From: Aquabacterium sp.
Lineage (GTDB): Bacteria; Pseudomonadota; Gammaproteobacteria; Burkholderiales; Burkholderiaceae_C
Assembly (NCBI GenBank): GCA_046299355.1
Contig: JBKBIO010000011.1
Span: forward strand, 56,948 to 120,947
Direction of reading: 5' to 3'
Length of the DNA stretch: 64,000 nucleotides
A model generated the notes under the pieces. It saw nothing but the letters and a program-made list of their open reading frames with translations, did not search any database and was not told the origin of the DNA. Below, in pieces: positions 40,021 through 51,200 of the stretch. Both the position numbers and the translations under genes were made by a program. How positions within the stretch are numbered: position 1 is the stretch's first letter; each line of letters starts with the position of its first letter.

Positions 40021-41079
40021 TCAGGCTGCCGCGGCGCGGCTGAGGCGATCCCGCACCCCGGCCCAGATCTGTTCATCAGGGGGTGTTTCAACCCAAATCA
40101 GATCCACGCCCAGGTCATCGAGTTCCCGCAGATCGGCGAACAGATCGTGCGCAGCGGAGGCCGCGTCCGGGGGCATGGCCCGGTGAACCACCCCATCAAT
40201 GGGCGCGCGATGGGCCCACAGGCTGCGCGAGTACACCGCCAAACGGGGCCGAGTTTCGTGCAGCAAAGCTGCGTTTTGCTTCGACTCCATCTCGAAAGCG
40301 TCCAGCGACACCAGCAACAAATCTTGGGGCATCAAGCGCACCTTGGCCCGAGGGGCGTAGTGGGCCATCAGCGTGCCAGACGCACGAGGCGCCGAAGCAT
40401 CAGGCTTTTCGGGGGTGGAGATGCCGACCTTTTCGCCGGTGACGGCCTGGATCTGCGTCAACGTGATCTGGCCTGGACGCAGCAAGACCGGGTAGCCGCG
40501 CGAGCAATCCACGATGGTGGACTCGATCCCCACATCGCACGGCCCGCCATCGAGCACCCAGACCTCGTCGAGCCCCTGCCCCTGGCCTTCAAACTCACTG
40601 AGCACGTGGCTAGCACGTGTGGGGCTGACGCGGCCAAAGCGATTGGCGCTGGGGGCCGCCACACCCATGACGCCCTTTTGGGCCGCCGACTCCAGCAGCT
40701 TCAGGGCCACGGGGTGATCGGGGCAGCGCAAGCCCACCGTGTTCTGCCCGCCGGCAGCCGCCTGAGCAAAGTCCGGATGCCTGGGCACGATGACCGTGAG
40801 CGGACCGGGCCAGAAAGCATCCATCAGGCGCATCGCGGAGGGCGGAATGGCTGAGGCAAAGTAAAACGCTGCCTCGCGATTAGGCACATGCACGATCAGG
40901 GGATGGTTCGACGGCCGACCTTTGGCTGCAAAGATGCGCGCCACCGCGGCATCGTCATCCGCACGGGCGCCTAAGCCGTACACCGTTTCCGTGGGCAATG
41001 CCAACAAACCACCGTCCACCAGCCGCTGGGCGGCTTGCTCAATGGCATCAGCCTGGGTTTCGGGATTCAGTAGGCGCAT
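40021..41079 (-). CDS. sua5: L-threonylcarbamoyladenylate synthase (Sua5 type)
   Basis: PTETVYGL, KGRP..HPLIVH, APSAN, ESTIVD, HYAP. Confidence 0.96.
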   Translation of the reverse strand: MRLLNPETQADAIEQAAQRLVDGGLLALPTETVYGLGARADDDAAVARIFAAKGRPSNHPLIVHVPNREAAFYFASAIPPSAMRLMDAFWPGPLTVIVPRHPDFAQAAAGGQNTVGLRCPDHPVALKLLESAAQKGVMGVAAPSANRFGRVSPTRASHVLSEFEGQGQGLDEVWVLDGGPCDVGIESTIVDCSRGYPVLLRPGQITLTQIQAVTGEKVGISTPEKPDASAPRASGTLMAHYAPRAKVRLMPQDLLLVSLDAFEMESKQNAALLHETRPRLAVYSRSLWAHRAPIDGVVHRAMPPDAASAAHDLFADLRELDDLGVDLIWVETPPDEQIWAGVRDRLSRAAAA

Positions 41080-41091
41080 GGTGCTCTGCGA

Positions 41092-42261
41092 TCAAAACGG
41101 TTCAATGCCCAAGATCTGCGCGGCTTGCAAGGCCACGGCGCGCGCCTGTTCAGCGCTGGATGCGGTCACCGTCAAGTGCCCCATCTTGCGCGCCTTGCGG
41201 GCTTCCGTCTTGCCATACAAGTGCAGGTGGGTACCCGGCAAAGCCAGCACCGCCGCCCAGTTCGGCTCTTGCTGCACAGTGGCCCCGGCTGGGAACCACA
41301 AGTCACCCAACAAGTTGAGCATGTGACATGGGCTGTGCAACTGGGGCTCCACCAAAGGCAAGCCGGTCATGGCACGCACTTGCAGCTCAAACTGCGACAC
41401 GTCACAAGCATCAATCGTGTGGTGACCGGAGTTGTGCGGACGCGGGGCCATTTCATTGGCCACGATGCTACCGTCTTGCAGCACAAAGAACTCCACGCAC
41501 AACACACCCACATAGCCCATCGAGGCCGCAATTTGGTGGGCCGCTTCGTAAGCCCGTTGCGACACTTCAGCGCTCACGCTGGGCGCGGGCACGGTGGTCA
41601 CGGCCAAGATGCCATCGCGGTGCAGATTTTGCTGCAGCGGGAAGTGCACCACCTGGCCATTGCGACCACGGGCCACGATGACGCTCACCTCGTAGGCCAG
41701 AGGCAACATCTTTTCCAGCACGCAGCCCACTTGCTTGAGCTCATCCCAAGCGGCATTCAGCTCAGCACGGGTCTTGACGCGGATCTGGCCTTTGCCGTCG
41801 TAACCCAGTCGAGCCGTTTTCAAGATGCCGGGCAGCAGGTCTTCCGAAACGGCCGCCAATTGCTCGGGCGTTTCGATGATGGCGTGCGGCGCACAAGGCA
41901 CGCCACAGGCCACAAAGTGGGCTTTCTCTTTGGCGCGATCCTGACAAATGGCCACGGCGGAACCGGCTGGCGCCACAGGACGCGTCTGGGCCAATTGGTC
42001 CAGCGCCTGCGCGGGCACGTTCTCGAACTCGGTGGTCACGGCGGCACATTGCGCGGCCAGTTCTTTCAAACCGGCTTCGTCCAGATACCCTGTGCGAATA
42101 TGGTGATGCGACACCAGACCTGCAGGACTGGTGGGATCAGCATCCAACACCGCAGTGTTGTAGCCCATGGCTTGCGCGGCGTGCACAAACATGCGGCCCA
42201 ATTGGCCGCCGCCCATCACGCCCAAGGTGGCGCCAGGCAGGATCACGTCAGACTGGCTCAT
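41092..42261 (-). CDS. purK: N5-CAIR synthase
   Basis: [38 protein letters not shown]. Confidence 0.98.
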   Translation of the reverse strand: MSQSDVILPGATLGVMGGGQLGRMFVHAAQAMGYNTAVLDADPTSPAGLVSHHHIRTGYLDEAGLKELAAQCAAVTTEFENVPAQALDQLAQTRPVAPAGSAVAICQDRAKEKAHFVACGVPCAPHAIIETPEQLAAVSEDLLPGILKTARLGYDGKGQIRVKTRAELNAAWDELKQVGCVLEKMLPLAYEVSVIVARGRNGQVVHFPLQQNLHRDGILAVTTVPAPSVSAEVSQRAYEAAHQIAASMGYVGVLCVEFFVLQDGSIVANEMAPRPHNSGHHTIDACDVSQFELQVRAMTGLPLVEPQLHSPCHMLNLLGDLWFPAGATVQQEPNWAAVLALPGTHLHLYGKTEARKARKMGHLTVTASSAEQARAVALQAAQILGIEPF

Positions 42262-42782
42262 GCCTTCGGGTCCATGGTGAGGTCTTGGGTCATGGCGCGA
42301 GCCACTTCGGTTTGGCGCGCACGGAAGGCTTCCAGCTTGGCCAGCAACTCGGGGTTGCCAGACGCCAGCATGGCTACCGCAAACAGCGCAGCGTTACCCG
42401 CGCCAGCCGTGCCGATGGCAAACGTGGCCACGGGAATGCCCTTCGGCATTTGCACGATGGAGTGCAGCGAATCCACACCTTGCAGGTGGCGCGAAGGCAC
42501 AGGCACACCCAGCACGGGCACGGTGGTCTTGGCCGCGACCATGCCAGGCAAGTGCGCAGCACCGCCTGCACCGGCGATGATGGCGACCAGGCCACGGCCT
42601 TGCGCGGCTTCCGCATAGCGGAACATATCATCGGGCATGCGGTGCGCAGAAACCACCTTGGCTTCGAAAGGCACCCCAAACTCGGTCAGAATCTCAGCAG
42701 CGTGGCGCATGACGTCCCAGTCGCTGCTGGAACCCATCACCACACCCACTTTTACGCCATTGGCAGGAGTCGTGTCAGTCAC
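42258..42782 (-). CDS. purE: N5-CAIR mutase
   Basis: [28 protein letters not shown]; GTG start. Confidence 0.98.
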   Translation of the reverse strand: MTDTTPANGVKVGVVMGSSSDWDVMRHAAEILTEFGVPFEAKVVSAHRMPDDMFRYAEAAQGRGLVAIIAGAGGAAHLPGMVAAKTTVPVLGVPVPSRHLQGVDSLHSIVQMPKGIPVATFAIGTAGAGNAALFAVAMLASGNPELLAKLEAFRARQTEVARAMTQDLTMDPKA

Positions 42783-42836
42783 GGCTCACTCCTTGTTTCA
42801 TCAAACTTGCAATTTTAGGCGCTAGCCTGGGATCCC

Positions 42837-43802
42837 ATGATCGACATCACCCTGGAAAACTTCGAAAGCGATCTGATCAAGGACTCGATTCAGCAACCCA
42901 TTTTGCTGGACATCTGGGCCGAATGGTGCGGCCCCTGCAAGTCTTTGGGCCCTGTTCTGGAAAAACTCGAGGTGGAATACGCTGGCCGCTTCAAGCTGGC
43001 CAAGGTCAACGCCGACACCCAGCAGGAGATCGCCGGCCAGTTGTCGCAAATGTTCGGCGTGCGCTCCATCCCGTTTTGCGTGATGTTCGTGGGCGGCCAG
43101 CCGGTTGACGGCTTCGTGGGCGCCCTGCCTGAAGGCAAGATCCGCGAGTTCCTCGACAAACACGTGCCCTCTGAGGGCGAAATCGTCTCAGAAGAAGAAA
43201 CGATGGAAGCCGAAGAAGCCGCCGCAGCTGGCGACACCGAAACGGCCGTATCCAAACTCCTGGATGCGTTGGAGCGTGACCCCAGCAACGACGAAGCCCG
43301 TTTTGACCTGATCAAGCTTTTGCTGCAACACGGTCAAGTGGTGGGCGCCAAAGAAATCTTCGCCCCTGTGGCGGCACGCGCCAGCGGCCCCATTCCCGAG
43401 GCACGCGTGGCTGCCTTTGGCCGCTATATCGAAGCCGTGCTGGGTGCGCTGGGCGCACGCCCGCTGGAAGCCCTGCAAGCCGCGATCGCCACCAACAAGC
43501 GCGACTTTGACGCGCGCATGGAAATCGCCTACACCTTGATCGCCGCAGGCGAGTTCACCCAAGCCATGGATGAACTGCTGGAGATCATCATGCGCGACAA
43601 GAAGTGGAACGACGAGGCCGCGCGCAAGATGTATGTGGCGCTGCTGGAGGTGATGAGCAAACCACCCGCCAAGCCCACGCCCGCTGCCGCAGGTGCCGCC
43701 GATGGCAAGCCCAAGCTCGAGATTGCCGGCAAGCACGAAGTCATCTCCAATGACCCCGTGATTGACCAATATCGCCGCAAGCTGAGCATGGCTTTGTTCT
43801 GA
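42837..43802 (+). CDS. cnoX: Thioredoxin-TPR chaperedoxin (YbbN/CnoX)
   Basis: WAEWCGPCK with both Cys, TPR repeats, YRRKLS..LF C-terminus. Confidence 0.9.
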   Translation: MIDITLENFESDLIKDSIQQPILLDIWAEWCGPCKSLGPVLEKLEVEYAGRFKLAKVNADTQQEIAGQLSQMFGVRSIPFCVMFVGGQPVDGFVGALPEGKIREFLDKHVPSEGEIVSEEETMEAEEAAAAGDTETAVSKLLDALERDPSNDEARFDLIKLLLQHGQVVGAKEIFAPVAARASGPIPEARVAAFGRYIEAVLGALGARPLEALQAAIATNKRDFDARMEIAYTLIAAGEFTQAMDELLEIIMRDKKWNDEAARKMYVALLEVMSKPPAKPTPAAAGAADGKPKLEIAGKHEVISNDPVIDQYRRKLSMALF

Positions 43803-43821
43803 CCCCCTTCTGCATCCCGCG

Positions 43822-44709
43822 ATGAGCCCCACACCTCGCTACACCAGCCTGATCACCGCCGCCGAACTGCAGACTCTGCAGCGCACGCCCGGCGTGGACG
43901 TGCTGGTTGTGGATTGCCGCTTCAATCTGGCGGACACACAAGCGGGCCAAACGGCATGGCAACAAGGACGCATCGCCGGCGCGGTGTACGCCCACTTGGA
44001 CCAGACCTTGTCTGGCACCAAAACGGGCCAGAACGGGCGGCACCCGCTGCCTGATTGGGCCGCGTGGCAAAGCACGCTGCAAGCCTGGGGACTGACAGGC
44101 CAGACCCAAGTGGTGGCCTACGACGATGCCGGCGGCATGTTCGCGGCCCGCTTGTGGTGGATGCTGCAACACTGGAGTGGCCACGCATCGGTGGCGGTGC
44201 TCGATGGCGGCTGGCCCGCTTGGCTACAGGCCCAAGGCGCCATGGATGCACTGCCCGCGACACGTACGGCGTCAGATTGGTCAGGTCAACCCCATGACGC
44301 CGCCGTGGTCACGCTGACGGATGTAGCTGAGCATATTGGTAAAGACACGGCGCAGCCCCAAGCCATGCAGTTGCTCGACGCCCGCGCGCCTGACCGCTTT
44401 GCAGGCCAGAACGAAACCCTCGACCCCATTGGCGGACACATTCCCGGCGCCCAGAATCGATTCTTCAAGCTGAACCTGCAAGACAACGGCCACTTCAAAC
44501 CCGCCGCGATGCTGCGCGAAGAATTCACACAGTGGCTGGGTGCGCGCCCCATCACATCGGTGGTTCACCAATGTGGATCGGGCGTCACGGCCTGCCACAA
44601 CATGCTGGCCATGGCCCATGCTGGCTTGTCGGGATCTCGACTCTATCCAGGCTCCTGGAGCGAGTGGTGCGCAGACGCCAGTCGCCCCATGGTGACGGCA
44701 TCGGCCTGA
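43822..44709 (+). CDS. sseA: Sulfurtransferase (3-mercaptopyruvate sulfurtransferase type)
   Basis: GRHPLP, VLDGG, GHIPGA, CGSGVTA, YPGSWSEW. Confidence 0.92.
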   Translation: MSPTPRYTSLITAAELQTLQRTPGVDVLVVDCRFNLADTQAGQTAWQQGRIAGAVYAHLDQTLSGTKTGQNGRHPLPDWAAWQSTLQAWGLTGQTQVVAYDDAGGMFAARLWWMLQHWSGHASVAVLDGGWPAWLQAQGAMDALPATRTASDWSGQPHDAAVVTLTDVAEHIGKDTAQPQAMQLLDARAPDRFAGQNETLDPIGGHIPGAQNRFFKLNLQDNGHFKPAAMLREEFTQWLGARPITSVVHQCGSGVTACHNMLAMAHAGLSGSRLYPGSWSEWCADASRPMVTASA

Positions 44710-44899
44710 TCACCGCCGCTGGCCAGCCAAGGCTGTTTAACGGTCCGGCAACAAATCTGCAAAAAACATCTGGATACACGCTGCAAAAGCGCAGGAAAGC
44801 GTCTGTTTTCTCACAGTTTTTGACGCTTCCCCTCTGAGGGCCGCTTCCTAGAATCGTTCGGACGAAGTCATCATGTCCTCGAACGAAGGAAGTTTCGCC

Positions 44900-45379
44900 A
44901 TGGCTCTTCAGCACCTTCCAAGCACCCGCCGCATCACTGCAGGCTTCACGCTCATCGAAGTGATGATCGTAGTGGCCATCATTGGCATTCTGGCGGGGAT
45001 CGCATACCCCGCGTACACGGACTATGTGCGCCGAGGACAGATCCAAGAAGCCTTTACACAGCTGTCGACTTTCCGCGCGAAGATGGAGCAGTACTACCTC
45101 GACAACAAGAACTACGGCACGGCCACCGGATGCGCATCCGATTCATCAGCCAGCAGTTGGAACACATTTGCAGGCCCCTCCGACGGCCGATTCACCTACA
45201 CCTGTACGACCAGTTCGCCATTCCAGTCATACACCATTACTGCGACTGGAAACGCTGGTGCGGCCACCGGTAACGTCTACACAATCGATCAGGACGGTAC
45301 TCGCCGAACGACTCGATTCAAGGGAACCACACTCAGCGCCCCGGCTTCATGCTGGCTGACCAAGGGGGCCACATGTTGA
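44900..45379 (+). CDS. pilE: Type IV minor pilin, PilE-like
   Basis: G/FTLIEVMIVVAIIGILAGIAYPAY..YV.R, MEQYY.DN. Confidence 0.9.
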   Translation: MALQHLPSTRRITAGFTLIEVMIVVAIIGILAGIAYPAYTDYVRRGQIQEAFTQLSTFRAKMEQYYLDNKNYGTATGCASDSSASSWNTFAGPSDGRFTYTCTTSSPFQSYTITATGNAGAATGNVYTIDQDGTRRTTRFKGTTLSAPASCWLTKGATC

Positions 45380-46023
45380 GATATCACGCTCCTCACCCTC
45401 GAAGCATCCCGTCTGAGCGTGGATTCACCATGGTCGAATTGGCCATTGCCATGGTCGTCTTTGGATTCTTGTTGATGACGGCCATGCCCGCCATGCAAGA
45501 TTGGTTCGCCAACGCGAGGATCCGAGGCGCAACTGAATCGATCCAAAACGGCATTCAGACCGCTCGTGCCGAGGCCATCAAGAGAAATCGCCCCGTCACC
45601 TTTTGGCTGATTGATAACGATGACCCCAACACATTTCTGGCGTCCTGCGCTGTGTCCGACACAGGCACTTCGTGGATGGTCTCCGTTAACAGTCCAGCGG
45701 GTAACTGCGATGACGCGCCTTCTCTGACCACTTCGCCCATGATCGTGACGGGCCGCACGGCCGGTGACAGCGGTGATCGTATCAATGTGAGCGGCCTGCA
45801 ATCCGACAACACGACTGTAGCCAGCAGCATCACTTTCAACGGTTTTGGCACGGTGACAAACACCGGCGCCATTGCCCGCATTGACGTCACCACTAGCGGA
45901 TCTGAAAGCGGCGCTCGAGCGCTGCGCCTGGACATCTCACCCAGCGGCACGGTCAGGATGTGTGACCCCACCGTGGCAAGCACAACAGACGCTCGCGCAT
46001 GCAAGACACCGGCAACACCATGA
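45373..46023 (+). CDS. fimT: GspH/FimT family pilin
   Basis: RG/FTMVEL, ARAEAIKRN. Confidence 0.87.
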   Translation: MLRYHAPHPRSIPSERGFTMVELAIAMVVFGFLLMTAMPAMQDWFANARIRGATESIQNGIQTARAEAIKRNRPVTFWLIDNDDPNTFLASCAVSDTGTSWMVSVNSPAGNCDDAPSLTTSPMIVTGRTAGDSGDRINVSGLQSDNTTVASSITFNGFGTVTNTGAIARIDVTTSGSESGARALRLDISPSGTVRMCDPTVASTTDARACKTPATP

Positions 46024-46424
46024 ACACAAAGACTTCAGCCAGAGGCTTTGCCATCACAGATGTGTTGATGGCCATTCTCCTTTTTTCCGTCGGTATTTTG
46101 GGTTTGGTTGGACTGCAAGGCGCCATGACCAAAAATCAACTGGAGGCGAAAGTGCGGGCTGAGGCGACTTACTTGGCCAATGAGTTGATTGCACAGATGT
46201 GGTCAGACACGGCCAACATCGCCAACTACACCAGCTCAGGTTGCGCAGGGCATACGCCCTGCAACACCTGGAAGAGCAAAGTGACAGCCGCTCTGCCAAG
46301 CGGCGCTGGCTCGGTCGCAACGACCTCGTCTGGCGACGTGACAGTCACTATCACCTGGACCAACACAGCCGGCGACACACATCGTTATGAGACTCATACG
46401 ACCATCGCCGCGGCAGGAAGTTGA
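46020..46424 (+). CDS. pilV: Type IV minor pilin, PilV-like
   Basis: RG/FAITDVL (Asp at +5), SVGILGLVGLQ, VTITW. Confidence 0.85.
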   Translation: MNTKTSARGFAITDVLMAILLFSVGILGLVGLQGAMTKNQLEAKVRAEATYLANELIAQMWSDTANIANYTSSGCAGHTPCNTWKSKVTAALPSGAGSVATTSSGDVTVTITWTNTAGDTHRYETHTTIAAAGS

Positions 46425-46425
46425 C

Positions 46426-47541
46426 ATGAGAAAAACTTCAGCCCTCAAACAAAGCCAAAGCGGCTTCACCCTCATCGAATTGATGGTGGGCGCCTTGCTT
46501 GGCATGCTCACCGTCATCGTCATTGCGCAGGTGTTGGCCCAAGCAGAAGGAAACAGGCGGACCCTGAGTTCGGGCGGCGATGCGGAAGTGAATGGCGCAC
46601 TTGCCACCTTTGGCTTGCAACGCGACATCCAAATGGCCGGCTACGGCATTTCAAGCGAACCGGCAGCACTGGGTTGCGAAGTGAATGCCAAGTACGACTC
46701 AGGAGGAACGCCATTCTCATTCACCTTGGCACCAGTCCAAATTGTCAACGGTAGCGGCACAGCACCCGATGAAATCATCGTTACCTACGCCTCGACACAA
46801 ACAAGCTCTGTGCCGATCAAGGTCACTGAAAATCATCCTCAAACACAAGGCTACTTCATCGTCTCTACAGCGTTGGGCATTCGTCCGGGCGATCAACTCA
46901 TCGCCGTGCCTGAAACTGTGAGCTCGACTAACAAGTGCACCCTCTTTGCAGCCACACACGACGCAACCGCGCCGGAGACCACCCTAGGATTGACCAGAAT
47001 CCCACACACATCGACCAACAAGTGGAATCAGTCGGTGCTGTTCCCGGTTGGTGGCTACCCGGTCAACAGCTATCTGATCAACGTAGGCCGACTCATCCAC
47101 AAAACCTATTCTGTCAACAGCAACAATGCGTTGGAGGTGGAGATTTTGAGCAGCACCAATGGCGCACCGTCGACAACGGATGCGTTCAGCAACGTCGTCA
47201 ACCTGCAAGCTCTGTACGGCAAGGACACGAACAACGACGGTTCGGTCGACGCCTACACAGCGACATCCCCGACAAGTACTGTGGAGTGGGGGCAGGTTTT
47301 GAACATCAAACTGGCGATCGTCACCCGCAGCAGCAATTATGAAAAAGAGGAAGTGACGCAAGCATCACCGCTTTGGGACTACGGCAGCAATATCGACCCC
47401 ACCGGAGAGACCTTGGTGACCTGTCATGGCACACGCAAGTGCATCACCTTGAATGTCTCCGGCCTCACTGACTGGAAACACTACCGCTACAAGGTCTACT
47501 CCAACACCATCCCGCTTCGCAATGTGCTGTGGAACTCGTGA
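46426..47541 (+). CDS. pilW: PilW family minor pilin
   Basis: QSG/FTLIELMV, RDIQMAGY, YG.DTNNDGSVD, IPLRN. Confidence 0.9.
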   Translation: MRKTSALKQSQSGFTLIELMVGALLGMLTVIVIAQVLAQAEGNRRTLSSGGDAEVNGALATFGLQRDIQMAGYGISSEPAALGCEVNAKYDSGGTPFSFTLAPVQIVNGSGTAPDEIIVTYASTQTSSVPIKVTENHPQTQGYFIVSTALGIRPGDQLIAVPETVSSTNKCTLFAATHDATAPETTLGLTRIPHTSTNKWNQSVLFPVGGYPVNSYLINVGRLIHKTYSVNSNNALEVEILSSTNGAPSTTDAFSNVVNLQALYGKDTNNDGSVDAYTATSPTSTVEWGQVLNIKLAIVTRSSNYEKEEVTQASPLWDYGSNIDPTGETLVTCHGTRKCITLNVSGLTDWKHYRYKVYSNTIPLRNVLWNS

Positions 47542-47553
47542 TCGGATTCGAAC

Positions 47554-48255
47554 ATGCCACAAACACACACTCGCCATCAACCAAGTCGCACGCAAAGCGG
47601 CGTCGCATTGATCTTTGCCTTGATCACGCTTGTCGCGCTCATGCTGGGCGCCTTGGCGCTCGTGCGCAATACCGATACAGCCGCACTGGTGCTTGGCAAT
47701 CTGGGATTCAAGCAAGACGCCACCCAGTCCGCTGATCAAGCCACAAAAATCGCCATACAGTGGTTGAACGCCAATAGCACTGCACTGAACAACGATCTGC
47801 CAGCCAAGACTGGCTACTACGCCAGCAGTAAAGAGTACGGCGTTGATGGCGTCACCAAACTGGGCCCCATAGATTTGACTGGCAATCAACTACCTTCGGA
47901 CAACACGCGACAGTTGATCGATTGGGAAGATAACGGCTGCAGCAACTTCGACTCGGGCACGTACACAACCTGCGATTTGAAACCCGCCCCTATCTCTGCA
48001 ACCATCAATGGCAACTCCGCGCAGTACATCATTTTGCGCATGTGCAACAAGAAGGGCGACTACACAACCGACGCCACTGTCAGCTGCGCCATGCCCCTTG
48101 ACGGTGGCGATACGGGAGCGTCAGGTAAGGGGCTGAGTGACTACAAAAAGTCAGCGAAGTTCACCAGCACCGCAGGCACTTACTTTCGCATCATTGTCCG
48201 CGTTGTGGGGTTGCGAGGCTCAACCAGCTTCACAGAAACCATTGTGCATTTCTAA
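47554..48255 (+). CDS. pilX: PilX family minor pilin
   Basis: QSG/VALIFAL (no Glu5, typical of PilX), YFRIIVRVVG.RG. Confidence 0.87.
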   Translation: MPQTHTRHQPSRTQSGVALIFALITLVALMLGALALVRNTDTAALVLGNLGFKQDATQSADQATKIAIQWLNANSTALNNDLPAKTGYYASSKEYGVDGVTKLGPIDLTGNQLPSDNTRQLIDWEDNGCSNFDSGTYTTCDLKPAPISATINGNSAQYIILRMCNKKGDYTTDATVSCAMPLDGGDTGASGKGLSDYKKSAKFTSTAGTYFRIIVRVVGLRGSTSFTETIVHF

Positions 48256-48267
48256 CGGAGATATGCC

Positions 48268-51200
48268 ATGAACAGAAATCACAATTTCTTCGCGCGAAAC
48301 ACCCGCGCGCGCGCACTCAGCGTCAGTCTGTGCTTGGCCGTCACCGCGTGGACCATGAGCGCATCGATGTCTTTCGCTGGCGAAGCGTCGTTGGCGGATC
48401 AACCACTGGCCACGGCTGCCGCAGTGCAACCCAAACCCAACTTGCTCTTTATTCTGGATGACTCAGGGAGTATGGACTCCGATTACATGCCAGACAACAT
48501 GAGCAACTCGGGGCGCTTTGGTTATTGGTCTGCGCAATGTAACGGCGTGGCCTTTGATCCAGATGAAAAGTATCCCCTTCCCCTCAAGGCAGACAAAACA
48601 GCGTACCCCAATGTCAGTTTCACCAACGCACCGGATGACGGCTACAACTCGTCCAGCTCCAAAGTAGACCTGACGGAGTCCTTCTACTACGTGTACACAG
48701 GCACTCAACCCAAGATGTCATGGAGCTACAACTTCGCAGGCGTGGAAACCACCACGCCGTTCTATCAGGAGTGCATGACATCGATCTCATCGGGCAGCAC
48801 GGTCTTCACGCGAGTCAATCTCAAGACTCAATCTTCAGAGGTACAGCAGAAATACGCGAACTGGTACTCCTATTATCGTAAGCGCTACCTCCTCATGCGC
48901 ACGGCCATGGGCCAGGCATTGAGCAAACTCGACGATACCTATCGCGTCGGGTTGAGCACCATCAGTGATACCCAAGCCATTGACGGCACGAAGTACTTTC
49001 GCGATGTCAAAGACTTTACTGGCACGCAACGCAGCAACGTCTACACCAGCCTTTACAGTGCCCCCCCATCCTCCTGGACACCTCTGCGCGGTGCTTTGAG
49101 CAAAGCGGGGCGCTACTTTGCCAAGAAGGCCCCGGGCCAAACTTATGACCCGATGCAATATGCCTGCCAACGGAACTACGCACTCTTGTCAACAGACGGT
49201 TACTGGAACACCAACATTGAGACATCGTCGTATGGTCCTTATGTCGTCGATTCCAACACCTCTGTGGGCCAACAAGATGGCACGGAGGCGCGCCCCATGC
49301 AAGACAGTTCTTCTACGGTGACGACCCGGGTGACGAACTACACCGCCATTGCATTGCGGGACCGTACATCCAACACCCAAACCCGCACGCGCAATTGGTC
49401 GCGCGTCATGACCACCTACACGGCTGGCACTGGCTCCTGCTCAGGCAAGTTTTTCAAACGCACCTTCAATCAAACATCTGATTTACCCCAGAAGCAAACT
49501 CAGTACTTCGTCACGCCACAACAGTCGACGTACAGCTATTCGGTGACTGACTTACTGATCAACGGGCTGCTGTCAGAGTCGACCACCTCGTCGACCACCA
49601 TGGGCAGCTGGACTACTAAATCTGGCGCCTCTACTTCGACGATTGGCACCGATACAGGAACACCGACGGCATTCACCACATCAGGTTCATTCACGTCAAG
49701 CACCTGCGTGACATCTTCTAGTGCAACGTCGTATTCCACCCCCACAGCAGGTAGCTGGTCATCCTGGTCGCCCTCGTCGCTGACCTACACCGAGTCCACG
49801 CCCGTCGTTGGCGCATACACGGCAGGCACGCCATCACAAAGTACGGTGACCATGGGGGGTGTTGCGAACACATTGGCAGACGTCGCCCAATACTACTGGG
49901 CCAATGACCTGCGCAAGGAAAGCTACAACAACTGCAAATCCACCAGCTCTGGTGTCGAGCGCGACGTGTGTGCAGATGTTCTGACTCCAGTAGGGGTTGA
50001 TACGAACAAGGCACAGCATATGGCTACCTACACGATTGGTCTTGGAACCAACGGCACACTGACCTACGACCCCAACTACCCCACACAGACAAGCGGTGAT
50101 TTCGCTGATCTCATTGCTGGCCGCAAGATCTGGCCAGAACCTGGCAATGGCAAGGGGGCAGAGAACATTGACGATCTTTGGCATGCCGCAGTCAATGGCC
50201 GAGGACGATATTTTTCAGCCATGAGTGCATCGGGGCTGAGTGACGCCATCAACAGTGTGTTCAATTCCGTCAAAGCAGAAGCTGGAGCCGCGGCGGCTGC
50301 AGCAACAACGTCACTGGAACTGATCTCGGGCGACAACAACAAATTGTTCAGTGCCAGCTACACCACCCAGGAGTGGACCGGTGATTTGAAGGCATACGTC
50401 TTAAATGGCACGACGGGCGTGCTTTCCACGACAGCAGCATGGTCAGCAAAGACAGCACTCGACGCCCGAGTTAACTCGCTCACCCACACCGACCGAAAGA
50501 TTTACTTCAACTCCGGATCGGTATTGACGCCATTCCTCTTCAGCAACTTATCCACCACTCAGAAGGGCTACTTCAACAATCTGTGCGCCAGCTCTTCTCT
50601 GAGTCAATGCTCCAAGTTGACCACCGATGAGAAGACCATCGCCAACAGCGGCGACAAGCTAGTCAACTACCTCCGAGGTGACCGCAGCTACGAAATCGGC
50701 AACACTGACGGGGCGTTCCGGAAACGCACCAGCGTGATGGGCGACATCATCAATGGCGCCCCCGTGTATGTCGGCAAACCACCCTTCAAATACGCTGACA
50801 CAGGCTATGCAGATTTTGTGACTGCGCAGGCAAGCCGCAAACCGGTGGTGTACATCGCCGCCAACGATGGCATGTTGCATGCGTTCTCTGCAGGTGACAG
50901 CGACGGTGGCACGGAGCTATGGGCCTTTGTTCCCTCCGCCGTCATGTCCAACATGTATCGGCTGGCAGAGGAGGACTATGCCGGCAAACATCGCTACTTT
51001 GTCGACGGCCCCCCCACCGTTGCCGATGTGAAGATTGGCGGAGCCTGGAAGACCATTTTGGTCGGCGGCCTGAACAAGGGCGGCAAGAGCTACTACGCAC
51101 TGGACGTCACCAATCCTGAATCTCCTCGCTTCTTGTGGGAGTTCACCACCGCCAATATGGGATACACCTTCAGCGCCCCGGTGGTCACGAAACGCCAAGA

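Noticed and set aside
44746-44761. GG-N10-GC sigma-54-like element upstream of the pilin operon
   Set aside because: Poor match to TGGCAC/TTGC; a sigma-70-type TAGAAT lies closer to the gene.
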